A stretch of 64,000 nt of DNA from contig CP066691.1 in the NCBI GenBank assembly GCA_016432485.1, positions 516,709 through 580,708 of the forward strand, given 5' to 3'. Source of the DNA: Candidatus Niyogibacteria bacterium. Lineage in GTDB: Bacteria; Patescibacteriota; Minisyncoccia; HO2-45-28. Positions 19,492-28,467 of this stretch are shown here, piece after piece. The notes below the pieces were generated by a model. It did no database searches and was not told where the DNA came from. It was given only the letters and a program-made list of their open reading frames with translations. Position 1 is the stretch's first letter. Every line of letters starts with the position of its first letter. The translations under genes and the position numbers were made by a program.

Positions 19492-20019
19492 TCACTTTCC
19501 TGACAAAAGCCGAGACGCGATATGGGCCGCGACCCTGAAAGAACTTAACCAAGCGCCGGCGTAAATCCCGCTATCGCCCCTAAACTCATGTTCTCCAACC
19601 GAAGCGGCAATCACGCGTCCGGCTTGATCAATCACCCGGACAACAATCATAGCCCTGCCTTTATAAAGATACAAGTTCCCAAAGACATTGCTTTTATCCC
19701 GTATCCGCGAGGCGCAAACCAGGGCCTCAAAATCAGGTAGCGCCCAACGCTTGCGCGGCCAACGATCGCGCACGCCCTCAACCACTACGATGGCACCCCG
19801 ATGACGCAAACCCCTCTCAATTATGGGCGCGATAATCGCGACATCCTCGCCGGTTCCGCGGGCATAACATTGCCCAACATTGTAACGAATCAAAACAGTA
19901 CTATTGCGGATTTGAGGAACGGGCCTCCACCTCGGAAGTTTGATGGCCTTTGGACTGGAAGCGCACCCGAAGATAAAAATCGGCATAAACGCACAGAAAA
20001 TCCACAGGATTCTCTTCAC
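19492..20019 (-). CDS. Putative lipoprotein (orphan cassette)
   Basis: MKRILW...IFGC lipobox-like signal; AGGAGG SD. Confidence 0.65.
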   Translation of the reverse strand: MKRILWIFCAFMPIFIFGCASSPKAIKLPRWRPVPQIRNSTVLIRYNVGQCYARGTGEDVAIIAPIIERGLRHRGAIVVVEGVRDRWPRKRWALPDFEALVCASRIRDKSNVFGNLYLYKGRAMIVVRVIDQAGRVIAASVGEHEFRGDSGIYAGAWLSSFRVAAHIASRLLSGK

Positions 20020-20069
20020 TTTTCCGCCTCCTTTAAGAGTTTTTCAACAGGTAATTAACTGCCTATTGG

Positions 20070-20098
20070 ATTATATCACTATTTGTTTCCCAAGTCAA
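20070..20098 (-). promoter_or_regulatory. sigma70 promoter TTGACT-17-TATAAT
   Basis: Near-consensus match upstream of 20019. Confidence 0.7.
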
Positions 20099-20159
20099 AT
20101 AATATATTTACCTAAAACACAAACAATAAAGATTCGAATCTTGCTTCTTTGCGCCGGAA

Positions 20160-21287
20160 ATGATAAGAAATAATAAAGTGACCCAAAATCAAGAAACGTT
20201 AAAAAATCTTATAGACTCAAGCGTCAAAATTTTGCTCGCAAGCGAACCTTCGGCCGACGAAGCAACGAGGCTGGCTATGTTTGCCTTAAAAAATGTGCTG
20301 GAGAGCCTGGGTAAAGAAGTTTTTTTACATCCCGCTCCGGGTGAAAAATTCAAAGAAAAATTCAAAGAAATTCTCCCCGAAAGGTTTGAGAGAGAAATCC
20401 CGCAGAAAATAAAAATAAAAATCCCAAAATCCTCCATAATTGATGAGCTGCGCTACGAAGAAGAAGAAAATTTCTTAAGCGTGGTCGTCTTGCCGAAAGG
20501 AAAAATTGAGCCGGCAACTATTCAAATTGAAAAATCGCCCTATGACATGGACGCGGCTTTTTGCTTTTTTGCGCCACAAGACTCCTCTCTCGGCGAAGAC
20601 TATGAATCCGGATGGCGTAAAATCGCGGCCCCGACGGCAAAACCGCCCGGAGAAAAAATAGTCTACCTCGTTAACGGCGAAAAAACTCTTGCCGGAAAAA
20701 TAAGTGACATTCACGAAGCGATGGACGGCTCTCAGTCTTTGCCCCCACTAACGGCAACTCTTTTGATGGCTTCGCTTGTTTATGAAACCGAGAATTTCCA
20801 AGGACGATGCGGACCGGAAGCATTCAAACTCGCAAATTTATTGCTCGAACTCGGCGCCGATAAAAAGACCTTAGACAAAATATTGCTCTTGGAAAAAGAC
20901 CCTCGATTTGTCCAGATTGTGGGCCGGGCGCTGGCGCGAACGGCGTCTGAAACAGAACTTAAAACCAGCTGGACATACCTCACCAAAAAAGACTTTGAAA
21001 AGACCGAATTGGAATCAACGAAAGAAAATCTGCTTTTTATTTTACGAAAGATTCGGGCCGGCATTATGCCTCACCGGTCCTCAATAATATGTTACGAAAG
21101 CGGCGGCGGAATAGAATCGCTCATTTTTAACGAGGACAGAAAAATTCTAAACGTCATGGCCGCGGTTTTGGGAGCGGAGCCCGAAAGCCTGTATTTTTTT
21201 ACTTCCGGTTTTAAAAATTTTTCGGAAGCCGAAACAAAAATACGCCAATTGTTGAAAGATAACATTTCGGATAGAATGAAAGAATAG
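20160..21287 (+). CDS. Degenerate DHH/NrnA-like phosphoesterase-fold protein
   Basis: ATLL.ASL.YETENF, AF.LA.LL.LGAD and GRALAR resemble DHH-family segments; no DHH tripeptide. Confidence 0.5.
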   Translation: MIRNNKVTQNQETLKNLIDSSVKILLASEPSADEATRLAMFALKNVLESLGKEVFLHPAPGEKFKEKFKEILPERFEREIPQKIKIKIPKSSIIDELRYEEEENFLSVVVLPKGKIEPATIQIEKSPYDMDAAFCFFAPQDSSLGEDYESGWRKIAAPTAKPPGEKIVYLVNGEKTLAGKISDIHEAMDGSQSLPPLTATLLMASLVYETENFQGRCGPEAFKLANLLLELGADKKTLDKILLLEKDPRFVQIVGRALARTASETELKTSWTYLTKKDFEKTELESTKENLLFILRKIRAGIMPHRSSIICYESGGGIESLIFNEDRKILNVMAAVLGAEPESLYFFTSGFKNFSEAETKIRQLLKDNISDRMKE

Positions 21288-21288
21288 A

Positions 21289-22953
21289 ATGGCAAAAAAT
21301 AACGATATTGAAACGAAACTGGAAGAATTCAGGCAAAGAGAAGCCGAGGATTTGGCGCGGCTCCTTTCTGAAAAACACGGCCTGCCCTACTCGGATTTAT
21401 CCCGAATGACTATTAATCTGGATGCCCTTAAGATTGTTCCCGAAAATGAAGCCAGGGAAGCTAAAATGGCCGTGTTCCAAAAAGTGGCTAAACGTCTGCA
21501 GGTTGCGGCGTTAAATCCGGACCTCATCAAAACCAAAGATATTTTAAAAAGGCTCGCCGATGAAGGTTATACGGTTGAGCTTTTTTTTGTTTCGGAGGCA
21601 AGTCTTAGGCGGGCGTGGTCAAGATATGCCGAAATTCCGGCTTTTGAAGAAATAGAAACGGGCTTGATAGATATATCGCCCCAGCGCCTTGAAGAATTTC
21701 AAAAAGAAGTCAAAAATATTCAAAGCTTGCAAAAACTCATTGAGCCGCATCTTACGGCTCAAAAAATAAGAAAAATATCGGAGACCGTTGAAGTGATTCT
21801 GGCGGGAGCCATGGCTCTGGATGCGTCAGATATCCACTTGGAACCGAGAGAAAAAGAAGCGCGGATACGCTTTCGCCTTGACGGCGTACTAAACGACATT
21901 TCTTCTTTCGGCATAGCATCTTACGGCCCGATTATTTCAAGGCTGAAGCTTTTGTCTGAAATGAAACTGAATATCCACGACCGCGCCCAAGACGGCAGAT
22001 TTACCATAAGAACCAAAAACGCGGACATAGAAGTGCGGTCCTCAATCCTACCCGGGCCCTACGGCGAAACCGCGGTTATGCGAATACTCAACCCGAAAAC
22101 AATATCAATAACTTTGGAGGATTTGGGTATGCATCCGGAATTTCTGAAAGTGATGGAAGAAGAACTCAAAAGGCCCAATGGGATGATTCTGACCACCGGC
22201 CCCACCGGATCCGGAAAAACCACGACCCTCTACGCTTTTATTAAAAATACGGTTCGGCCGGGCATAAATATAGTAACCATAGAAGACCCAATAGAATATC
22301 ACATCACCGGAATCAACCAGACGCAAGTTGACGCGAAAAAAGGATACGATTTCGCAAACGGCCTTCGCTCCATATTGAGACAGGATCCGGACGTAATTCT
22401 GGTCGGAGAAATTCGCGACCTGGAAACGGCTCAAATTGCCATGCACGCTTCGCTGACCGGCCATCTGGTATTTTCAACTCTGCATACCAATAACGCCGCG
22501 GGCACCATACCGCGCCTGATAGACCTCAAAGCCGACCCGACAATCATTGCTCCGGCAATAAACGTAACCATGGCTCAGCGTTTGACGCGAAAATTGTGCC
22601 CAGAATGCCGGAAAAAAGACAAACCAACGGCCGAAGAAGAAAAAATCATTAAAAAATCCCTACAAGAAACTCCGGCAAAATATAAAAAAACCGCGCCGAA
22701 AAACTTAGTTTTGTGGCGCGCCGTCGGATGTGAAAAATGCAATAATATCGGCTACAAAGGACGAATCGGCATATTTGAAGCTTTTTTGGTAGATGATGAG
22801 GTTGAAAAAATGATTTTAAAAAAACCGGCCGAGGCCGATCTGAAAGCGGCTATGAAAAAACAAGATATGATGACGATGTTTAATGACGGGGTGTTAAAAG
22901 TTTTATCCGGCGCCACATCACTTGAAGAATTAAAGCGGGTGGCATCCGAATAA
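21289..22953 (+). CDS. GspE/PilB-family secretion or type IV pilus ATPase
   Basis: ASDIHLEP, AQDGR, GPTGSGKTT, EDPIEY, RQDPD...GEIRD, TGH..STLH, tetra-Cys. Confidence 0.95.
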   Translation: MAKNNDIETKLEEFRQREAEDLARLLSEKHGLPYSDLSRMTINLDALKIVPENEAREAKMAVFQKVAKRLQVAALNPDLIKTKDILKRLADEGYTVELFFVSEASLRRAWSRYAEIPAFEEIETGLIDISPQRLEEFQKEVKNIQSLQKLIEPHLTAQKIRKISETVEVILAGAMALDASDIHLEPREKEARIRFRLDGVLNDISSFGIASYGPIISRLKLLSEMKLNIHDRAQDGRFTIRTKNADIEVRSSILPGPYGETAVMRILNPKTISITLEDLGMHPEFLKVMEEELKRPNGMILTTGPTGSGKTTTLYAFIKNTVRPGINIVTIEDPIEYHITGINQTQVDAKKGYDFANGLRSILRQDPDVILVGEIRDLETAQIAMHASLTGHLVFSTLHTNNAAGTIPRLIDLKADPTIIAPAINVTMAQRLTRKLCPECRKKDKPTAEEEKIIKKSLQETPAKYKKTAPKNLVLWRAVGCEKCNNIGYKGRIGIFEAFLVDDEVEKMILKKPAEADLKAAMKKQDMMTMFNDGVLKVLSGATSLEELKRVASE

Positions 22954-23126
22954 CATGCCTCAAGGTCTCTAGGCAGGAGCTCGCAGTATGGGGAACCACA
23001 AGCCAAGGATTTGCCGATGAAACGGCCAAGCTTTGACCTCAACAAGGAGGCGGCCAAGCCGCCCTAGCGGTCAAAACCAAAATATAAAGTTGCCTAGAGA
23101 CCCTGGGGCACGTGAAAATAGCTTTC
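22954..23126 (-). ncRNA. Structured small RNA, 6S RNA candidate
   Basis: 22-bp closing stem (22954-22975/23091-23112, 19/22 Watson-Crick), central asymmetric bubble, apical stems, dedicated promoter. Confidence 0.5.
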
Positions 23127-23132
23127 GGAAGA

Positions 23133-23161
23133 AGTATAGCAAATAAAATATGATTTGTCAA
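23133..23161 (-). promoter_or_regulatory. sigma70 promoter TTGACA-17-TATACT (extended -10 TG)
   Basis: Points into the hairpin element, which has no convincing ORF. Confidence 0.7.
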
Positions 23162-23169
23162 GTATAAAA

Positions 23170-24177
23170 ATGATAAACCCGTCTTTCAATAATAAAAATG
23201 AAGATTCCGGTTTGGAACAAACCCTGCGTCCCGCAAGGTGGGATGATTATGTCGGACAAGAGCCGATTAAAAAAAATCTGAAAATACTGATGCAGGCGGC
23301 GCACGAAAGAAACGAGGCGCTGGAACATATACTGCTTCACGGCCCGGCTGGCCTTGGCAAAACCAGTCTGGCTCATTTGATAGCCAAAGAAATGTCCAGC
23401 CAGATAAAAATCACTTCGGGCCCGGCTATAGAAAGAGTCGGAGACCTTGCTTCCATCCTGACCAATTTGTCCGACGGCGATGTTTTGTTTATTGACGAGG
23501 TACACAGGCTGAATAAAACAATAGAAGAAGTGCTTTATCCGGCAATGGAATCGGGGAATCTTGACATTATTATCGGCAAAGGACCCGGAGCGCGTTCAAT
23601 CCAGATAGACCTCCCGCCTTTTACTCTCATCGCCGCAACCACGCGCATAGCTCTTCTTTCAAATCCTTTGCGCTCGCGATTTTCCGGAGGAACTTTTAAA
23701 TTGGATTATTATTCAACGGATGAACTAATTAAAATAATAAAGCGTTCTGCCGAAATACTGAAAACCGAGGTCGCCGCCGGAGCCGCCGAACTAATCGCTT
23801 TACGTTCCCGTTTTACTCCGCGCATAGCCAACCGCCTCTTAAAACGCGCCAGGGATTACGCCCAAGTGCATAAAATTTCAACAATAAACGAAAACGCCGT
23901 AACCAAAACGCTTGAACTTTTAGGCATTGACCACAAAGGCCTGGAAGAAACCGATCGGCAAATCCTAAAAGTTTTAATAAATAAATTCAGCGGAGGCCCG
24001 GTGGGTCTCAATACTTTAGCCGCGGCAACCTCCGAAGACCCGGCTACGGTTGAAGAAGTCTACGAGCCGTTTTTACTGCGCCTCGGCTTTATTGAGCGCA
24101 CTCCGCGAGGCCGCATGGCCACTCCGAGCGCCTACAAACATCTGGACATTAAAGCGCCTCAGGCAAAATTGATTTAA
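23170..24177 (+). CDS. ruvB: Holliday junction helicase RuvB
   Basis: LRP..Y.GQ, GPAGLGKT, FIDEVHR, LYPAME, PLRSRF, RTPRGR. Confidence 0.98.
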   Translation: MINPSFNNKNEDSGLEQTLRPARWDDYVGQEPIKKNLKILMQAAHERNEALEHILLHGPAGLGKTSLAHLIAKEMSSQIKITSGPAIERVGDLASILTNLSDGDVLFIDEVHRLNKTIEEVLYPAMESGNLDIIIGKGPGARSIQIDLPPFTLIAATTRIALLSNPLRSRFSGGTFKLDYYSTDELIKIIKRSAEILKTEVAAGAAELIALRSRFTPRIANRLLKRARDYAQVHKISTINENAVTKTLELLGIDHKGLEETDRQILKVLINKFSGGPVGLNTLAAATSEDPATVEEVYEPFLLRLGFIERTPRGRMATPSAYKHLDIKAPQAKLI

Positions 24178-24191
24178 AGTATAATAAAACA

Positions 24192-24422
24192 GTGCAAGGA
24201 AATATAAAAATAATCATAATTCTGGGACATTTTGCTTTTTTGCTGGTATATGCCACGCTCGTGGCCGCGCTCCTTTGGCATTACCAAAAATACAGTTTGC
24301 CCCGCGACCGGGCGCGCTGGATTATCGGGTTATTTTTAACAATCGCTTCTATCTTGGCCGTCATTTCCACGATTTTAATATTTTCCGTGCCGTGGGAAAA
24401 AATCGCGAATTTAAAAGTTTAA
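24192..24422 (+). CDS. Small two-TM membrane protein
   Basis: Two hydrophobic helices; TATAAT 6 nt before GTG. Confidence 0.65.
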   Translation: MQGNIKIIIILGHFAFLLVYATLVAALLWHYQKYSLPRDRARWIIGLFLTIASILAVISTILIFSVPWEKIANLKV

Positions 24423-24437
24423 ATAAAATCTGAAATC

Positions 24438-24962
24438 GTGCTTGAACTGCAAAAAGAAGAAAAAGTCATAATCGCCTTTCACCGCCATTGGATAGTGGTG
24501 GCAAATAAACTGACTTTTGCCGCTCTCGCTTTAATCCCGCCGATTGTCGTGCTTATTCTTATGCCGACTTTTCAAATCGGGGCGGAATTAAATCTTTTGA
24601 TCATCTACGCCGTGATCGTGTATCTTTTGGCGTCTCTTATGGCCGCCTTCGTCATTTGGTTTGATTATTATCTTGATGTCTGGATCGTAACCGATAGGAG
24701 AATAATTGATGTGGAACAAATAGGCATGTTTCGCCGTCAAACCTCGGAATTTATGCTTTCCCGCGTTCAAGACGTCACTGTGGAAATTCCCGGCTTTATC
24801 GCCACCTTGCTCCATTACGGAAACATTCGTGTGCAAACGGCGGGGGAACAAGGTTTTGAAGCCAGCGATATCCCCAACGCGGATAAAATCAAAGACATAA
24901 TTCTTGAGGAGGCCAGAAAGACCAACGGACATAGACCCGAGGAGACAACCAATCACTTATGA
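24438..24962 (+). CDS. Membrane protein with a bacterial PH (bPH_2-like) domain
   Basis: Two TMs, VTDRRII, VQDVTV, YGNIRVQTAG. Confidence 0.8.
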   Translation: MLELQKEEKVIIAFHRHWIVVANKLTFAALALIPPIVVLILMPTFQIGAELNLLIIYAVIVYLLASLMAAFVIWFDYYLDVWIVTDRRIIDVEQIGMFRRQTSEFMLSRVQDVTVEIPGFIATLLHYGNIRVQTAGEQGFEASDIPNADKIKDIILEEARKTNGHRPEETTNHL

Positions 24963-25498
24963 GCGGACATTCCAAGTGGTCTCAAATCAAACATAAAAAG
25001 GCTCTGACTGACGCCAGAAAAAGTAAAGAGTTCGCGAAACTGGCGAAACAAATAACCGTTGCCGCGCGCGAAAAGGGGCCTGATCCGGCGTCAAACCCGT
25101 CTTTAAGGGCGGCCGTGGAAAAAGCCCGCTCTTTCAACATGCCCTCCGACAACATTGAGCGGGCGATAAAGCGCGCGACTTCGAAAGACGAAAACGCTCT
25201 GGAGGAAGTTTTGTTTGAGGCCTACGGGCCCGGGGGCAGCGCGATATTGATTGCCGGAATTACAGACAATAAAAATCGCACGACGCAAGAAATAAAGCAT
25301 CTTCTTTCCGAAAACGGCGCGAAGCTCGCCTCTCCCGGATCCGCAAAATTTTTATTCCAAAAAACCGAAGACGGCTGGCAGCCGATCGCGAACATAACAG
25401 TTGACGAAAAAACAAAAGAGGCGCTCTCAAAAATTTTTGAAGCGCTTGATGAAAACGACGACATAAACGACATATATACCAACGCAGATTTTACTTAA
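24959..25498 (+). CDS. yebC: YebC/PmpR family protein (short form)
   Basis: MSGHSKW..IKHKK, NP.LR, EAYGPGG, TDNKNRT, IYTN. Confidence 0.95.
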   Translation: MSGHSKWSQIKHKKALTDARKSKEFAKLAKQITVAAREKGPDPASNPSLRAAVEKARSFNMPSDNIERAIKRATSKDENALEEVLFEAYGPGGSAILIAGITDNKNRTTQEIKHLLSENGAKLASPGSAKFLFQKTEDGWQPIANITVDEKTKEALSKIFEALDENDDINDIYTNADFT

Positions 25499-25524
25499 TC
25501 AATGTCCTTATTTGAATTAAAACA

Positions 25525-25551
25525 GCCCACGACAGCAAAGCCGTCGTGGGC
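25525..25551 (-). terminator. GC-rich hairpin downstream of the putative variable repeat (terminator and/or DGR target hairpin)
   Basis: gcccacgac...gtcgtgggc followed by tgtttt on the minus strand. Confidence 0.65.
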
Positions 25552-25581
25552 CGAGGGTCAAGGATTCAATAATCCAAGTCC

Positions 25582-26151
25582 CTACTTGCGGGAAACGACG
25601 CGAGAGCCGGCACTCCACCCGAACGGGTGCTTGACCGAGCGGGCCGCAACGTCCCAGTAGCGATCGACGGAGAACCAGCACGCGCGCACAGCCCAGAGCT
25701 TTCCTTTCTTGTCCCTGATGTAGGCGATGCACCACCCGCCATTTTGGTTCTTGAGGAAATTCAGAAAGTGAACAAGGTGGATTTCTTCCTTGTCTCCCAG
25801 CTCTTTCCGGATAGGCTGGTCCACGGACGGTTTCTTGAGCTTGTGGATGTTCAGCTCCGTAGCCGAGACGTTCTCCTCGACCTTACCCTTGAACAGGCGA
25901 TCGAAGTTGGAGCCCGTCCATCCGACATTGGCCTTTTTCAGGGCCTCGTCGTCGCAGACAAACCTTTCCGCGCCGTCCACTCGAACCGTGCCGACGAACT
26001 TGAGGAGGTCGAATTCCGGACTGAGACCGCGAAGGTACTCCTGGAGCCCCTGCGGGTCGTCAATCCATCTCTGCATGGCCTCCTTGTTCATTTCCGGCAG
26101 GTTTTCTGCGATTCGAGAAATGAACTTTCCTGTCTGTTTCTGTCTGTCCAT
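25582..26151 (-). CDS. Orphan protein with a C-terminal DGR variable-repeat-like region
   Basis: AGGAGG SD before ATG 26151; C-terminus LWAVxAxWxSxDRxWxVxAxSVxxPxxWxAGxxVVSR; A-depleted tail. Confidence 0.7.
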   Translation of the reverse strand: MDRQKQTGKFISRIAENLPEMNKEAMQRWIDDPQGLQEYLRGLSPEFDLLKFVGTVRVDGAERFVCDDEALKKANVGWTGSNFDRLFKGKVEENVSATELNIHKLKKPSVDQPIRKELGDKEEIHLVHFLNFLKNQNGGWCIAYIRDKKGKLWAVRACWFSVDRYWDVAARSVKHPFGWSAGSRVVSRK

Positions 26152-26319
26152 GGCGATTTTTCCTCCTTTGGGTTTTCGCCATTTTCGTTTGCCAGAGGGC
26201 CGTCCCAATGACAGCCATAGCCAGAAAATCTTAATTTTTAAGGCCTTTTGGCTATGGCCGCCGGTAAAAAATTTTAAGAACTATGCGTGCATTATACACC
26301 CACCCTATTCGTTTGTCCC

Positions 26320-26387
26320 CCCCCACACCTATTGAGCAATAGCGCCTGAAGGCGCGAAAAAACAAAATTGCTCAATAGGTGTGGGGG
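26320..26387. repeat. Palindromic element, CCCNCACACC family, copy 2
   Basis: 21-bp perfect arms cccccacacctattgagcaat/attgctcaataggtgtggggg with an internal gcgcc-tgaa-ggcgc hairpin. Confidence 0.85.
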
Positions 26388-26429
26388 TCAACCCCTTCTT
26401 TTTGGGCTGAATCGTGTCAAAATTAAGTA

Positions 26430-26882
26430 ATGGGCAGAAAAATTTTAGGAATAGACCCCGGATACGGACGATTGGGATACGCCGTTTTGGAAAACGGCGC
26501 GCTTTCGGATGCGGGCTGTCTTGAAACGCCCAAGGAGATGGCACACGAGGAGCGGCTGAGGGTTGTGGGCAAGCATTTCAAAGAATTAATCCGCGCTCAC
26601 AAGCCAGAGGTCCTCGCGATGGAAAAATTATTTCTAAACACCAATCAAAAAACCGCCATGCGCGTGGCGGAAGCCAGAGGAACCATGCTCTACCTTGCCG
26701 ACGGCCTCGAAATACGGGAATTTTCGCCGCCGGAGATCAAGTTGGCCGTATGCGGATACGGCCGGGCAGACAAAAAACAGGTAGAACGGATGATCCGTAT
26801 GATTTTCAAAACCCGCGAGGCACTAAATGACGACGCGATTGACGCTGTGGCGGTAGCGTTTACCGCGTCCGGACGGATTTAA
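26430..26882 (+). CDS. ruvC: Crossover junction endodeoxyribonuclease RuvC
   Basis: ILGIDPG, E.LF, EARG, GYGRADKKQV, DDAIDA. Confidence 0.96.
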   Translation: MGRKILGIDPGYGRLGYAVLENGALSDAGCLETPKEMAHEERLRVVGKHFKELIRAHKPEVLAMEKLFLNTNQKTAMRVAEARGTMLYLADGLEIREFSPPEIKLAVCGYGRADKKQVERMIRMIFKTREALNDDAIDAVAVAFTASGRI

Positions 26883-27008
26883 AGTTTTCCACAGCCCATT
26901 ATTTAACTACTTTACAAGCCCAAACATAATTGATAAAAATGAATCCAGCCCCCCGATACTCATCGGAGGGCGGTCGCATAAATCTTTATAAGCAAATTCT
27001 AAAGAACC

Positions 27009-27137
27009 ATGCGTTATCAAGACGAAATCTTGGGACTTTACGCGCAGGATGAAGACGCAGACGCCGGAGAAGTAGAAGGGGTAGAAAACGAATTGCCCGT
27101 AGAGGAAACCACGGAGGAAGAGGAAAATCTTGAATAA
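27009..27137 (+). CDS. 42-aa highly acidic small protein (not in the ORF track)
   Basis: MRYQDEILGLYAQDEDADAGEVEGVENELPVEETTEEEENLE, followed by tandem stops and a terminator. Confidence 0.6.
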   Translation: MRYQDEILGLYAQDEDADAGEVEGVENELPVEETTEEEENLE

Positions 27138-27150
27138 TAATAGGATATAA

Positions 27151-27186
27151 AAACCAAAAACCCCGCTTCGACGGGGTTTTTGGTTT
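27151..27186. terminator. Bidirectional intrinsic terminator
   Basis: aaaccaaaaaccccg-cttcga-cggggtttttggttt between convergent genes. Confidence 0.85.
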
Positions 27187-27192
27187 ATCGAT

Positions 27193-28389
27193 TTAAACTA
27201 TTTTTATTTTAACAAAGCGTTTCTTGCCCGCGCGCATTATCCCGCCCCGCTCAAATTTGGCGCCGATATCTTTCACAATCGCGCCGTCAATTTCAACCGC
27301 TCCGGCTTTTATCAGCCGGGAGGCCTCGGATTTGGAAGAAACTAATCCCGAGCGCGCGAGAACATCTTTTATCATTTCGCCTTTCTTAACGATAACGGTC
27401 GTTGCGTCCTGCGGAAGATTCTTTTTCTGGAATGTTTCAACGAAAAAATTTTTAGCGTCCTTCGACTCATCAGCTGAATGGTATTTCAAAACCACTGCTT
27501 CAGCCAGCTCCATTTTAGCATCTTTAGGGTTGATTTTTTTACCTTGCAGACCGCGCTCTATTTCTCTGATGCGGACAAGAGCCGTGTCGCTATAAACTTC
27601 AAAATATTGAATTATCAGGTCATCCGGAATGCTCATTATTTTTCCAAACTTCTCGCGAGCCGAATCCAAAAGCCCTATATAATTGCCGAGGCTTTTAGAC
27701 TGTTTTTCGCCGCCGCGTATTCCGGGAGTAATTTTAGTGGTAATAATGACCTGGGGAGATTGCCCGAATTTTTGCTGCAAATCCCGCCCCATCATTTCAT
27801 TAAAAAGCTGGTCCGATCCGATTACGGTTAAATCCGACTCAAGCATAATCGAATCGTAGCCCTGCAAAATTGGATAGATAAGTTCGTTTTCAAAAATGTC
27901 CTTGCCTTCCTTTATTCTTTTCTGAAACATATCGCGCTTAATCAGTTGGGCGTTGGTAACCAGCGACATAAGTTCAAGCAGTTTTTCGGTTTTCATTTTG
28001 GAATACCACTCCGAATTTTTACGGATTTCAAAGACTTTTTTGTCAGTCAAAAGAATCCTGGAAACTTGCTTAATAAATTCTTTCGCTCCCCTTTTTATGT
28101 CGGCTTCGGAAATTTTCGGCCGCTTTTCGTTTCTGCCGGTGGGGTCGCCTATGCGAGTGGTAAAATCGCCCACCAAAAAAACAATTTTGTGTCCTTCTTC
28201 CTGAAAAGCGCGCATCAGCCACAAATTAACCGCGTGCCCCAAATGCAAAAATGGAGATGTAACATCAACCCCGTATTTTATGCGGAGTTTTTGCCCGGAT
28301 TTCAACCGTCCTTCCAGTTCTTTTTCGGTGATTATTTCCTCCGAAAGACGCGATATTTTTTCATTTAATTTAGAACTTGGGCTTGTCAT
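27193..28389 (-). CDS. tyrS: Tyrosine--tRNA ligase
   Basis: HLGH, IGDPTG, YPILQGYD, GSDQ, KQSKS, C-terminal S4 domain. Confidence 0.97.
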   Translation of the reverse strand: MTSPSSKLNEKISRLSEEIITEKELEGRLKSGQKLRIKYGVDVTSPFLHLGHAVNLWLMRAFQEEGHKIVFLVGDFTTRIGDPTGRNEKRPKISEADIKRGAKEFIKQVSRILLTDKKVFEIRKNSEWYSKMKTEKLLELMSLVTNAQLIKRDMFQKRIKEGKDIFENELIYPILQGYDSIMLESDLTVIGSDQLFNEMMGRDLQQKFGQSPQVIITTKITPGIRGGEKQSKSLGNYIGLLDSAREKFGKIMSIPDDLIIQYFEVYSDTALVRIREIERGLQGKKINPKDAKMELAEAVVLKYHSADESKDAKNFFVETFQKKNLPQDATTVIVKKGEMIKDVLARSGLVSSKSEASRLIKAGAVEIDGAIVKDIGAKFERGGIMRAGKKRFVKIKIV

Positions 28390-28467
28390 TTTTAAAGAAT
28401 AGCATAAACGCAGCGGTTTTTCATAATCATTGAAAAAGCGCTGAAAACAAGATATTATAAAATCTTA

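Noticed and set aside
25627-26335. Long plus-strand ORFs (194 and 181 aa)
   Set aside because: Antisense shadows of the GC-rich minus-strand gene, which has the SD, -10 box and terminator
25501-26430. Complete DGR cassette
   Set aside because: No reverse transcriptase, Avd or template repeat in the window; only a target-like gene
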